In this document: positions 32,620-44,306 of the stretch, in pieces | How the letters are laid out: every line of letters begins with the position of its first letter | How positions within the stretch are numbered: position 1 is the first letter of the stretch | Assembly: GCA_000004985.1 (NCBI GenBank) | Contig: GG738916.1 | From: Naegleria gruberi | Lineage: Eukaryota | Strand: one strand, 5' to 3' | Length of the DNA: 64,000 bases | Notes under the pieces: generated by a model | The model's input: the letters and a program-made list of their open reading frames with translations, nothing else | What the model was told of the DNA's origin: nothing | The model's database searches: none | Translations under genes and position numbers: made by a program

Positions 32620-34749
32620 TTATTGATTCATACAACAAAACAAGATGGTTACAATTATAGTTGTGAAAATAGCAAGTAAAGTAAAGATTCCAATAGTTAT
32701 CAAGGCCCTCTTCAAACCAGATGTACCATAAAAAGAGGAGATATCATAGTCGAATGAGTCAAAAAACTCAACGAACACTTTCTTCATCTCAGCATATAAA
32801 TAATTCAATTCAGTTGTCCAACTATTAGAAGGAGGATCAATGTCAACGACAGTACCATTAGGTAAGAGTTTGAAATTATAGTCCATCAATAAACTTGATG
32901 AGTATTTACCACAGGTAACTATCATTTCAATGGTACCTGTAAAGTCCTTGGTTGGATAGATCATTAGCTGATTTTTTCTTGAAACTTGAAGTGGTGCGTA
33001 TGTAGGTCTAAAAACTGCTGGTTTTGACTCAAACCAACAACCTTGTTCATCTTTTGAAGAAATTACACATGTTGTGGAGCTACAATTCATCAATGTTACT
33101 TGTGATCTTACTTTTGGTATTGGTATGGTCAATTCTCCACCAACTTGAATAGAAATTGAAGTTAATGAAGAAAGTGAAATTGTAACTGTTGCAAGAGCAG
33201 TTGTATCAAGAGGTTCTACAGTTACTGGAATGAATCCACGTTCAGTATTGTTACCATAAAAAGTAATACGCTTGAGCATATTATCAGGCCAAGTATATGC
33301 AGTCAACTCTGTGTTTTGTGGTGTATCATAACCACCAAGTCCTTGCCATGCAAAAGGTCCATCACGATTAATTGCATCATACCTTTGAATATATGTACAT
33401 GAAGAATTGAAAGAGTACATATATGTAGAAACAGCAGTTGGATTATTTGGAATTGCCTTCTCAAGTGCATGATAAACTTTAGCATCTCCAGAAATAACGC
33501 CACAATTTGTCATTCTATCTGAAACAGTTTCTGTTGATGAGTATGTAACACTTGGTATACCATTAATATCATTACCAATAATAATAGGTTCACCATTAGA
33601 ATCCACACCCAAATAACCATATCCCAAAATATGCTCAGGTCTAGCAATCGCATGAGAGATGAAATCCTTACTAGCTGAAATGGATAAAGCTAAATTCTTG
33701 TCTGAATAAACGGATGATTTAGTTAGCATGGATGCTCTATTGGCTGAATTGAGCTCTAAAATACGTCTTGTGATGGATGCATTATCAAATGAAAGAGTAG
33801 TGGTGCTAGGATTTTTACAATCTGTTGAAAAGTGCATTAGAGATTGTAATACTGAAGTTTGAGGAAGCGTTACATTAAAATTACATGTACCTCTTGGTGA
33901 TTGACAATTAATCATTGATTCTGCGTTATTAACATTATTAACTTTTACCCAACCAATTCTTGAAACATCATTGGTGCTTTCTGAATTTACCATTGAATAA
34001 GGTAAAAAGTAAAAATCTGTTTGCGCAGTCAAGTCAACCACAACAAAATCAGTACTAAATGGGAGAGTAGATGATGTTAAATTAACTACAACACTGACAC
34101 CAGAGGTTCCAAGTTTAACAACACCAACATTATTAGCAATAGGTATGGTGTATGTTAATTCTTGATAGGTAGCAATCACTGAACCAGAATAGGTTGGTTT
34201 GTTTAATTTACAAACCTTAAAACGTCTAAAAGCTTCAAAGGCAACATTGTAACAAGCTCTACTGTAACCTTGCTGTTTGTAAGTTGGAGTTTTATATGAA
34301 AAACTAGAAGGATAAGTATTACCAGTAAAACTTGGTGGTGTACAAACATCAGTACTGCTACAAAATGCTGTATATCTTGGAAGAGGATCGTCAGTATAAT
34401 AACAATAGGAAGATGACAATACAGCAGAAAAATCATCACCTAAAGTAATATTTACCATAGAACTGTCATCGGTCAATTTAAAACAATAATTATCACCAGT
34501 ATAGGAGGTTGTGAGAGCTGTGTTAATATTATACACACAAGCTGTATCAGAACAGGATATCTGTTTTGTTGGAGAAATTGAAACAGGAAGACAATCCTGT
34601 TGGTGAGTGGAAGAAATAGAAACCAAAAGACATGACAATATCAACAACAATACCACGGTGGTAGGAGTGAGCTGCATTTTTTCAAAGTCAATTTTACGAT
34701 TTTGACCATTTTTACCACGATTATCATGACTACCAAAACTGTTAAACAA
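32620..34749 (-). CDS. Large type I membrane protein (709 aa). It has a signal anchor, a Cys-containing extracellular domain with many N-glycosylation sequons, and a C-terminal TM with a short LFCCMNQ tail. It sits in tandem with its paralogue at 29172..31185.
   Basis: It is a single intact ORF. The N-terminal hydrophobic segment is TVVLLLILSCLLVSIS and the C-terminal TM is ALITIGIFTLLAIFTTIIVTILF. No known domain is recognised. Confidence 0.55.
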   Translation of the reverse strand: MFNSFGSHDNRGKNGQNRKIDFEKMQLTPTTVVLLLILSCLLVSISSTHQQDCLPVSISPTKQISCSDTACVYNINTALTTSYTGDNYCFKLTDDSSMVNITLGDDFSAVLSSSYCYYTDDPLPRYTAFCSSTDVCTPPSFTGNTYPSSFSYKTPTYKQQGYSRACYNVAFEAFRRFKVCKLNKPTYSGSVIATYQELTYTIPIANNVGVVKLGTSGVSVVVNLTSSTLPFSTDFVVVDLTAQTDFYFLPYSMVNSESTNDVSRIGWVKVNNVNNAESMINCQSPRGTCNFNVTLPQTSVLQSLMHFSTDCKNPSTTTLSFDNASITRRILELNSANRASMLTKSSVYSDKNLALSISASKDFISHAIARPEHILGYGYLGVDSNGEPIIIGNDINGIPSVTYSSTETVSDRMTNCGVISGDAKVYHALEKAIPNNPTAVSTYMYSFNSSCTYIQRYDAINRDGPFAWQGLGGYDTPQNTELTAYTWPDNMLKRITFYGNNTERGFIPVTVEPLDTTALATVTISLSSLTSISIQVGGELTIPIPKVRSQVTLMNCSSTTCVISSKDEQGCWFESKPAVFRPTYAPLQVSRKNQLMIYPTKDFTGTIEMIVTCGKYSSSLLMDYNFKLLPNGTVVDIDPPSNSWTTELNYLYAEMKKVFVEFFDSFDYDISSFYGTSGLKRALITIGIFTLLAIFTTIIVTILFCCMNQ

Positions 34750-34802
34750 TACATGAAGAGCTCACAAGTCAAAAGTGTGCGAAAGGTTTTCGTGTAAAAA
34801 GG

Positions 34803-37800
34803 TTGCGTGTGAAAAAAATGACAATTTTGAAAAGTGTGTTGCCTTCTAAAGCAGCACCTGTTATTGTTGCGTTTATTGGTGTGGTGATGGTATTGGTTCT
34901 CCATATTTCATTTGTGCAGTCCCAAATACGTTCTCTATCGACTTTTTACTCTACAGGTACATGGATTTCGTCTGTTGTTGTTGATTCTAGCAATACAATT
35001 TATTTCGCATCAAACAATAGATTGTTTAGTCTTCCAAGTGGTTCAGAAACACCTACAGTAATTGCAGGCAGTGGTTTAAACGTATTTTCTGATGGACCAG
35101 CAATGAGTAGTGGAATTCAATCAGTTAAAGCAATGTATTATTGTGCCAATAATGACATTTTATTTATTGACAATGACAGATTGAGAAAACTTTCACAAGG
35201 TATTGTTTCAACATTGGCAGGTACAAAAGAAGCTGGATTTAATGGAGATGGTATTCCAGCTGTTAGTGCTCAGTTAAATTCACCATTAGGTGTTTCAATG
35301 TCAAAAGGCGGTGAAATTTATATTGCAGATAAACTAAATCATAGAATTAGAAAGATTGATATCTTTGGTAAAATTACAACAATTGCAGGAACTGGACAAG
35401 CAGGTTATAATGGTTAGTATTTATTTAAATTCTTTTTTACTAATAATCTTAAAGGTGAATCACAACCAGCAGAATCTGCCTATTTAAATGGTCCAGCAGG
35501 TATTTTTCTTGATGAAAATGATAACATTTTCATAGCAGAAGATTTGGGACATAGAGTAAGATTCATTGATAGATCCACCTCTCTTATTGTAACGTTGGCC
35601 GGAACTGGAGAACCAGGATATGGAGGTGATGGTTCTTTAGCAACTCAAGCTCAACTTAATGGACCAGAGGCTGTTATCCTTTCTGGAACTGGAGCTGTCA
35701 TTATTTCTGATACATATAATCATGCTATAAGAACAATTTTAGATAATAATCTCATTACAATTGCTGGAACTCTTGGTACCAATGGAGATAGTGATGGTAG
35801 TTTGGAAACAAAGCTATATTATCCTATGGGTCTTACTATTACACCATATCAAGCACTATTAATTGCCGACTCATGGAATGACAAAATCAAAATGTTAATT
35901 GATGAGGCCCCAATGATGGCGCTAGCAACAGATTGTAATAATTTTGCCATGGCATGTTGTGTGAATGTTATTGATCGTAATCCATTTGCTACTCAATGCC
36001 ATTGTATATCTGGATGGGATGGAACATATTGTGATATACCAGTGTGTAATGGTGTGAGGGCTGATAGAGGTGCATGTGGTGGTTCATCTAAGGGAGATTG
36101 TACATCTCCAAATAAGTGCACTTGTAAGAATGGATATTATGGTAGTGATTGCTCTCAATTTTCTTGTCCTGGACGTTATGAAGACAGTATAGATTGTTAT
36201 GGTCATGGAACATGTATTGCTCCAAGTACTTGCTCTTGTGATGCTGGGTATTCAGGATATTTTTGTGATCAATTCCCTTGTCCAGATTGTCATGGACATG
36301 GAGTTTGTACTGGTCCAAACACTTGCTATTGTCTTACTGCTGGATGGAAAGGTTCAGATTGTTCCATTCCAATTTGTTTTGGAAATAGTCAGGATTCAGC
36401 ATGTAGTGGTCCAACCAATGGTAAATGTACAAGCCCTGATGGTTGTTCTTGTAACTCTGGATGGACAGGAAATAATTGCCAAACACCAACATGTACAAAT
36501 AATTGTAATGGTCGTGGTGAATGTGTAGGTCCAAACACTTGTTCATGTATCTCTGGATGGGGAGGTGTTGATTGTTCAATGCCTGCCTGTAATTGCCCAG
36601 CAGTTGGTTATCAATATTGTGCCGGCCCAAATACTTGTGCTTGTATTTCTGGATATTCAGGTCCAAATTGTGATATTCCTGTTTGTAGTGGTGGTTGTGG
36701 GAATGGTTATTGTTCAAGCCCAGGTACATGCACTTGTAACCCAGGATGGACTGGTGCAGATTGTTCAACTTTTACATGCACAAATGGTTGTAACTCTCAT
36801 CAACAGTGTACAGGTCCCAATACTTGTACTTGTAATGCTGGATATTCAGGTCCAAACTGTGAAAGTTTTTCATGTTCAAATAATTGCAATGGTCATGGAA
36901 TGTGTGTTGCTCCAAACACTTGTGCTTGTTATTCTCGGTGGTCAGGTTCAGATTGTTCCATTCCTCAGTGTGATACTGGATGTAATGGACATGGTACTTG
37001 TGTTGGTCCAAATGTTTGTGTTTGTAATTCTGGATGGGCAAGTCATTCAACAGGTTGTAACACATTTACTTGTCCAAATGATTGTAGTGGTCATGGAACT
37101 TGTGATGGTCCAAACAGTTGTACTTGTAATTCTGGATGGACAGGCTTAGATTGTTCCATTGTTTTTTGTTTTGGAAATACTCAGGATTTAGCATGTAGTG
37201 GTCCAACAAATGGAAAATGTACAAGTCCAGATGTTTGTTCTTGTAATTCTGGATGGACAGGAAATAATTGCCAAACACCAATATGTACAAATGGATGTGG
37301 TTCAAATGGAGTTTGTACAGCTCCAAACACATGTACTTGTAATGATGGTTGGATGGGTAGTGATTGTTCACTTCCTATTTGCCCAAATCAATGCAGTGCT
37401 CATGGAAAATGTGTGTCTCCTGCTATTTGTTCTTGTACTGCTGGTTGGACTGGAAATGATTGTGGTATGGCAATTTGTACTAGTGGATGTTTACAAGGAA
37501 GTTGTACATCTCCAAATACGTGTACTTGTAAAGAAGGATGGAAAGGTACAGACTGTTCAATTCCTTCATGTTACGGAAACATTCAGAGTTTGGCATGTAG
37601 TGGTCCTACACATGGTAAATGTGTAAGTCCTGATATTTGTAATTGTACAAGTGAATGGACAGGTCTCAATGTGACAAACCAGTATGCATTAATGGATGTG
37701 GTAATTCAAATCAAGGATTGTGTGTAGCTCCAAATACATGTGAATGTAAAGAAGGATGGAATGGTACAGACTGTTCAATTCCTATTTGTTTTGGAAATAG

Positions 37801-39244
37801 TCAAGATTCAGCATGTAATGGTCCTACACATGGTAAATGTGTAATCTTGCTGTTTGCGATTGTACAAGTGAATGGACAGGATCTCAATGTGAAATCCCTG
37901 TATGTAGAGTGGATGTGGTAGTTCAAATCAAGGATTATGCGTAGCTCCAAACACATGCGAATGTAAAGAAGGATGGACTGGAGCAGATTGCTCCATTGCT
38001 ATTTGCTTTGGAAACATTCAGATTTGGCATGTAGTGGTCCTACACATGGTAAATGTTTGAGTCCAGATGCGTGTAATTGCACAAGTGAATGGACAGGTCC
38101 TCAATGTGACAAACCAGTATGCATTAATGGATGTGGTAATTCAAATCAAGGATTGTGTGTAGCTCCAAATACATGTGAATGTAAAGAAGGATGGACTGGT
38201 ACAGACTGTTTAACCCCTATTTGTTTTGGAAATAGTCAAGATTCATCATGTAATGGTCCTACACATGGTAAATGTGTAGATCTTGCTGTTTGCGATTGTA
38301 CAAGTGAATGGACAGGATCTCAATGTGAAATCCCTGTATGTAAGAGTGGATGTGGTAGTTCAAATCAAGGATTATGCGTAGCTCCAAACACATGCGAATG
38401 TAAAGAAGGATGGACTGGAGCAGATTGCTCCATTGCTATTTGCTTTGGAAAAACTCAAGATTCAGCATGTAATGGTACAAATGGTAAATGTGTTAGTCCA
38501 GATGCCTGTAATTGCACAAGTGAATGGACAGGATCTGAATGTGAAAAACCAGTATGCATTAATGGATGTGGTAATTCAAATCAAGGATTGTGTGTAGGTC
38601 CAAACATTTGTAGATGTAAAGAAGGATGGACGGGTAAAAATTGTTTAACTCCAATCTGTTTTGGAAAGGTAAATAACGCAGCCTGTAATAGTATACTACA
38701 TGGACAATGTGTTTCTCCAAATGTTTGCCAATGCAATTCTGGTTGGATGGGACGTAATTGTACAATTCCTGTTTGTTTTGATGAATTTGGTGCTGTTACT
38801 GCATGTGGTTCTCCACAAGTGGTATGTGAATTGGGTTGGACAGGTATTGATTGTTCTGTTCCTGTTTGTTTTGATATTAATAATCCAGGTTGGGCAGGAG
38901 CAGATTGTACCACTCCTATTTGTTATGGAAAAATCAATCCAAGTGCTTGTAGTGGTTCCTCTCATGGAAAATGTATTGCTCCTAATTTTTGTAAATGTGA
39001 TCCAAAATGGATGGGAAAGGATTGTTCACAAACTGCATGCTTTGGAATTTCACAATTCGATAATAATGTATGTAATGGAAGAGGAAAGTGTATTGATTAT
39101 AATACGTGCCATTGTAATGATGGTTCTAGTGGCAACGCTTGTGAAAAACAAGATTTCTCATGGCAATATGTTATTGCCACTGCAATGATTTTATTGCCAA
39201 CAATTGTTGTCTACTACTTTTCAAAATCCGAGTATTTTAAATAA
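34803..39244 (+). CDS. Second NHL-repeat/EGF-repeat giant type I surface protein, a distant paralogue. It has a signal peptide, four or five NHL repeats, about 60 EGF repeats, a C-terminal TM (YVIATAMILLPTIVVYYF) and a short tail. Exon 1 is 34803..35412, a 42-nt intron lies at 35413..35454 (donor GTTAGTATTT), exon 2 starts at 35455. The frame is disrupted by single-nt deletions inside a near-identical internal tandem repeat (about 37650-38050).
   Basis: NHL motifs (LNSPLGVSMSKGGEIYIADKLNHRIRKI) are present. EGF units have the form CxCxxGWxGxDCSxPxC. The frame is restored in 37973..39244, which ends TAA after a TM segment. Confidence 0.6.
37600..38470 (+). repeat. Intragenic tandem array: two and a fraction copies of an about 435-bp unit (about 145 aa, four to five EGF repeats each) at about 95% identity. 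The first copy carries about four 1-nt deletions relative to the second.
   Basis: The unit anchor ggtcctacacatggtaaatgt recurs at about 37605, 37820, 38040 and 38260. Tgtaagagtggatgtggtagttc in the second copy reads tgtagagtggatgtggtagttc in the first. Confidence 0.7.
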
Positions 39245-40329
39245 TCAATCTCTTGGTAATGTTATTGGCTGAGTGCATTTTTTTCTTAAAAACCATCAAG
39301 GCGAAATTAAGGCTCGGCTAAGAACTGAACAACAAAGAGGTGAATAATAAATTGCTTAAATAATTGTTCATCTTGGATTAGAACAACCATTCCGGTGATA
39401 ATATGTTAATTCTATTTTTTCCAAACTTCATAAAAAAATATTCAACATTTCTTCTACTCAAGGAGACATGATGATTTTCGGAGTGGTTTTACATCATGAA
39501 ACCACCAAACTTTCACATCATCATCTCAACATGATCTATATAGTAATAATAATAGTAATTTTTATTGGTGGATTATCATCATGAAATTGGAATTTATTTT
39601 TCATGATGGAAAATCATAAGTTGGTGTTCCATCATCGGATCATTCACCAACCATCGTCATTATTGTTTTCCATCAATATAATAATAGTATTTGTGGAAAT
39701 TAATTTTTAGTAATGTAATTTTGGTGAAATGTCAAAATTTTCACTAAATTCATCATCACTGCTGGATCTACTGGACAAGTTGGAAAACTGTCAATGTATT
39801 ATTGTTCGGAATGGTCAATAGTAGGTAGGAGAACTTTCTCTTATCAATTTTGGTCAAGTTATGATAGGGATAGGTACATGTGAATTTTGAAAAAGTACAT
39901 GGACCATAACTCAACATGTACTTCACCAACTTAAATCATGTCTTTTAGTACTACTGTTTAAATAGATAATAAACATCATATTTATTATCAGATTTTCGTC
40001 ATGTTGTCAATTTACCAAGTTCCGATATTTCATGCTACCAGAGTTGATTCATAGCCCAATTACAAATCAAACAACAATAAAACAACAATAAAACAATAAT
40101 CTAGGTCTTAATGCCCATTAATACTAGATATTAAAAAGTAATCTTCCTTTTTTTCCTTGCATTGGATCCATGACAGAATATTCTTGAAAATAGCAGGTCT
40201 TTTGAATAAAATTTGAGCTCTAACACAATCATTTATTATGTTTTTGAGAAAACAGAGAGTTATTACGTCACAATGTACGAAGTGAGACTCAAGAAGAAGA
40301 CATACTGAAATAATAACTTAATAAACAAT

Positions 40330-41220
40330 TTAATTATCTGATGCAAAACCAAGGACAGACTCTCTAAATTGTTGAACAGGATTAGCACCACAAAATAGAA
40401 TCTTAATAAACTGTGCTTTCCAACCGTCTTCAACATCCTCAAAAAATCGGAAACAAATATAACAAATCAACCACAAAATTACTTGCAAAACACAAATTCC
40501 CAATGCACCACTAGCTACTGAAAGTTTAGGCAATGGATCTCTTGCACCCTTTCCAAACATGTATGTAAAAGGATCACCAATTAAAAAGAGAGCACTAACC
40601 AATGCCAAAACAAATGAACAAAAAACTGAAACAACACAAAAACCAACCAATACTCTACTGAAGCGTAATTTAACCTCTTTGTTTCTGACACCAACTACAA
40701 AATTAGAAAAAAAGGAAATGCCTGCAGGAATTGCAATTACAGTCAAGTAATTTCTAAAAAATTCATTGGTATTACTAAAGAAAGAAACAAAGAAAATTAT
40801 TAAGTTTTCTCTCTCAGTTGGAGGATGATCATTATCATATGATACTTGTATAGTATTATAATTTGGATCTGTCAATAACTTTGAAACCAGTGTCCAGAAA
40901 ACAGCATACGAAATTGAACTCAAAATAATCATTAAAAAAGAGATGAAACTAATGAATTTACCAACAATAATGGTAATGAATTCATCTTTTAACCAATTGT
41001 ACATTTCATCTTCCTTTCCTTCCTTATCTTGAACTGCTTGAGCATATGGTAGAGGTAGAGTAAGCTTTTCAAACCTGGCTTCATGGTCTCCTAAACTTTC
41101 CATTTCCAATAACATATTAACAATATTGCCTTCTGACTTTTTTGTTGATGTTCGTGTATGTGGTGTTTTTGGTGTTGGAGTTATAATGGTGGTTGCTTCT
41201 CTAAAGTTGGGGTTTTGCAT
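40330..41220 (-). CDS. Family-T tetraspan membrane protein.
   Basis: It has four TM segments. It shares FRNY..IAIP and ILWLICYICFRFF blocks with 14532..15983. Confidence 0.5.
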   Translation of the reverse strand: MQNPNFREATTIITPTPKTPHTRTSTKKSEGNIVNMLLEMESLGDHEARFEKLTLPLPYAQAVQDKEGKEDEMYNWLKDEFITIIVGKFISFISFLMIILSSISYAVFWTLVSKLLTDPNYNTIQVSYDNDHPPTERENLIIFFVSFFSNTNEFFRNYLTVIAIPAGISFFSNFVVGVRNKEVKLRFSRVLVGFCVVSVFCSFVLALVSALFLIGDPFTYMFGKGARDPLPKLSVASGALGICVLQVILWLICYICFRFFEDVEDGWKAQFIKILFCGANPVQQFRESVLGFASDN

Positions 41221-41316
41221 TTTTTTTTGAATTTTTTATTATTTATATTTTATCAAATTTTTTAAAATTGTACAAAATGGGTGCACATACATAAAAAGAA
41301 AGTAAACTCTTTAATA

Positions 41317-43077
41317 TTAAATAAATTTTTTTGGAAAGAGCCATACATATTCGTTTTGAAAATGATTTGCTGCTCTTTGTGAAACTTCATACTCACCAAA
41401 ATTCATACCATCATTATATTGAGATGATGATGAAAATATTCTTATACTGTTTTCACTTGCTTTAATTATTTGTAAATTTGGAAATAATGGTTGCAACCAC
41501 CATGTATGGTTATTATCAAAACAATTACGAATTAGTAAAGTTTTCAATTTTGGTAAATTTGATATTTGAAAGAAATTTAATTCTTTCAAATTATGTGAAT
41601 GAATTGAAAGTGTAGTTAGTGAATTAAAAGTAAAAGATGTTTCACTATAAAATTCCAATCTAATATAAAGGTATTCTAAATTTGGTAATTTACAAAGTAA
41701 TTTCAAATCAATTTCGCTAATAGGATTACGAAATGTTAAATCTCTCAATGTTGATATTTCAGATATGTGATGAAATATATTCTTATTATATTTTAAAGAA
41801 ATGTTAAGAATTAATATTTCTAAATTTAATTTACTCAATTCTGATAAATCAATATTATATTCTGATTCAAAATAAAAATATTTAATATTTTTAAATGATT
41901 CCACATTTAATCTATCAGGTAACGGAGTTTCCTTTATAAGATTTAAATGTAAATATTTTAGAGATGGCATTTTCACATTAGAGGCCAAATCCCATGGTTT
42001 TGAATATTTTGTAGTGGAATGATGTTTTTTTGCATATTCATCTATATATAATAATTCTAATGAAGGAAGATTATCAATATTTGTCATCATTTCTGTTCTA
42101 TTTAAAAATAATTTTTTTAAATTTTGTAAATTTTCACTCGAATTAAATTGTAATTTTTCAATAACTTTTCTAATAGTTCCAAATCCAAATTCTTGTAATT
42201 TTGAAATATTATTTGAATTTAATACATTACTAATTGATTCTAATGTATAAATATAGGTAATATCAAGAAATAAATATTTTAAATTTGGAAATGAATTAAA
42301 ATCAAACGTAAAATTATTTAATTTTCCATTACTTGTTGTATAATATTCTTTTACAAATATTCTAATATCAATGAGATTGGATATTGTTGATGGATTAAAT
42401 ATTCCATTTAATAATTTTACAATTTTTTTTTGATTTTCAGGTAATAATTGTAAATGGAGTGTTTCTAATTTATGACAATGTGTACTCAGAAATGATTCCG
42501 TGTTAATTAAACATTCTGTTACTCCCATTCCTAAACTTAAATATTTCAAATTTGGAAGTGCATTAAATAAAGCACGTAAATCTTTCTTTTTCATTTTACA
42601 ATTTAATCCTAATTCAGTAATATTGGATTGTTTTACAGAATTGAATGGTATATTATTTTTAACAATACAAGAATCAATAAATAAACTTTGTAATTTCATT
42701 GAAGAAAGTAGAGTTTTAAATGTTGATTTTGGTATTGTTTGAAACAAATTCAATGTTATGGAAGAAAAGAATTGAAAAAATTCAAATGCATTAGTAATAA
42801 ATCTATAATAACCTATTGAATAAGAGTTTAAAATAAAATTTGTAAATTCCTTTCGGAATGGTTGTTGAACAACAAATCTCCAATATCTACAAACAAATGA
42901 TATTTTAATATAATCTTGTTGATTAAGAAATTGAAATATTATTATTAAAATATCATTAGGAATAAAATTATTGTTATCACTATTATTATAATTATTGTTA
43001 TCACTATTATTAGTATTATTATTGTTATTATTCTTGTTATTGTTGTGTGTCAAAGCCTTGTGTAAAAAAGAAAGCAT
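41317..43077 (-). CDS. F-box-like/LRR protein with an N-terminal poly-Asn tract.
   Basis: The N-terminus is MLSFLHKALTHNNNKNNNNNNTNNSDNNNYNNSDNNNF. The F-box-like motif is PNDILIIIFQFLNQQDYIKISFVCRYWRFVV. LRR-like repeats follow. Confidence 0.55.
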   Translation of the reverse strand: MLSFLHKALTHNNNKNNNNNNTNNSDNNNYNNSDNNNFIPNDILIIIFQFLNQQDYIKISFVCRYWRFVVQQPFRKEFTNFILNSYSIGYYRFITNAFEFFQFFSSITLNLFQTIPKSTFKTLLSSMKLQSLFIDSCIVKNNIPFNSVKQSNITELGLNCKMKKKDLRALFNALPNLKYLSLGMGVTECLINTESFLSTHCHKLETLHLQLLPENQKKIVKLLNGIFNPSTISNLIDIRIFVKEYYTTSNGKLNNFTFDFNSFPNLKYLFLDITYIYTLESISNVLNSNNISKLQEFGFGTIRKVIEKLQFNSSENLQNLKKLFLNRTEMMTNIDNLPSLELLYIDEYAKKHHSTTKYSKPWDLASNVKMPSLKYLHLNLIKETPLPDRLNVESFKNIKYFYFESEYNIDLSELSKLNLEILILNISLKYNKNIFHHISEISTLRDLTFRNPISEIDLKLLCKLPNLEYLYIRLEFYSETSFTFNSLTTLSIHSHNLKELNFFQISNLPKLKTLLIRNCFDNNHTWWLQPLFPNLQIIKASENSIRIFSSSSQYNDGMNFGEYEVSQRAANHFQNEYVWLFPKKFI

Positions 43078-43217
43078 TTTTTTTAAAAGTCATGAGGAGG
43101 AATATGCCTTCCTTTTAAAATATTGAAACATTGAATCGTTCGTGTATTTAAATTTTCCAAACATAGCAACCAACTCAATTGAGACATTAAATTATTGTTG
43201 GTTGTGTTTAAAAAAAA

Positions 43218-44306
43218 ATGTTACCAGCAGAAAGAACGGATCGTTTCAATAAGAAGGAGGCTCAAAAGAAAAATGGAAATTTCTTGCAAATTCAAAGGAA
43301 TGAATTACGTATGGAAGAGTTAAGAAAACAAATTGAGGAGCTAAAGATCGAAAATTCATTACTATATGAACAAAGTATTGAATTGGCCAACACTCAAGAA
43401 ACATTAAAGAATACTAATGATGAGTACAAACGTGAAAATTCAAAATTAGAACAAGAAAACATTGAACAAAAGAGTGATTTGGCCAAAATTAAAGGACTAA
43501 CTAAATTCTTACCTCCTGAATTTACTGCAACTGATGGTTTTGAAGTTAGTCAACAAGTAACCACTACAAATGTTAAGAATGAGAATAGATCAAGATTGTG
43601 GTGTTTTTCACTTTTACAATTTATTACTTTAATGATTTGTGCAGCAACTTTGACACTTTATTGGATTAACGCTTCAAGATTATATACAGAACCTAACATT
43701 ATTAAGATGGTAACTGCTGAATTTGAGTGTCCCGCCAATAATTCTACTGTTAATTCAACAACAACTGATATTATTAGTTTCTATTCTACTACTAATTCAA
43801 CTAGTAATGATAGCACTACTGAACCAATTACAAAAAGAACAGAGGTTGCAACTATTGAAAGCGTTACAGGTTGGATCATGGTCTTGGATTTTTTTAGAAC
43901 TTACTTGATGATTTTGATTATTCCTTCTTCAATTATTTGGTACACTTACTATACAGAAGATTATGAAACCAAAGAATTGAAACACAAATCAAACAAGTGT
44001 AATTTTACTTGTCAAGCCTTTATATGTTCACTTGCATTTGTATTATTGTTAGGATGTTTAATTTTCTTTGGTTATGCTGAGAATACTCTTTCATGGCAAT
44101 GTCCAACAGTATCAAATCCATTGGTTATTTATCTTTCTATGGGAATGTTTTTATGCTCTCTTTTATCTATTATTTTGTACTTTATACAAACTTGTTGTCA
44201 CTCTAGACTATTTAAAGAAAAACCAATCAGAGATGGAACTTTTAAAACAGGATTATTGGTCATAAGAAATATTAACAAGTTGCATGGCATTACAAAAAAA
44301 AAATAA
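43218..44306 (+). CDS. Family-T tetraspan membrane protein with an N-terminal coiled-coil-like region.
   Basis: WINASRLYTEPNIIKM... and IIPSSIIWYTYYTEDYE... parallel 13636..14400 (WSNASRLQTDPYII..., AVPATFIWYSYFSIDLQE...). Confidence 0.55.
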   Translation: MLPAERTDRFNKKEAQKKNGNFLQIQRNELRMEELRKQIEELKIENSLLYEQSIELANTQETLKNTNDEYKRENSKLEQENIEQKSDLAKIKGLTKFLPPEFTATDGFEVSQQVTTTNVKNENRSRLWCFSLLQFITLMICAATLTLYWINASRLYTEPNIIKMVTAEFECPANNSTVNSTTTDIISFYSTTNSTSNDSTTEPITKRTEVATIESVTGWIMVLDFFRTYLMILIIPSSIIWYTYYTEDYETKELKHKSNKCNFTCQAFICSLAFVLLLGCLIFFGYAENTLSWQCPTVSNPLVIYLSMGMFLCSLLSIILYFIQTCCHSRLFKEKPIRDGTFKTGLLVIRNINKLHGITKKK

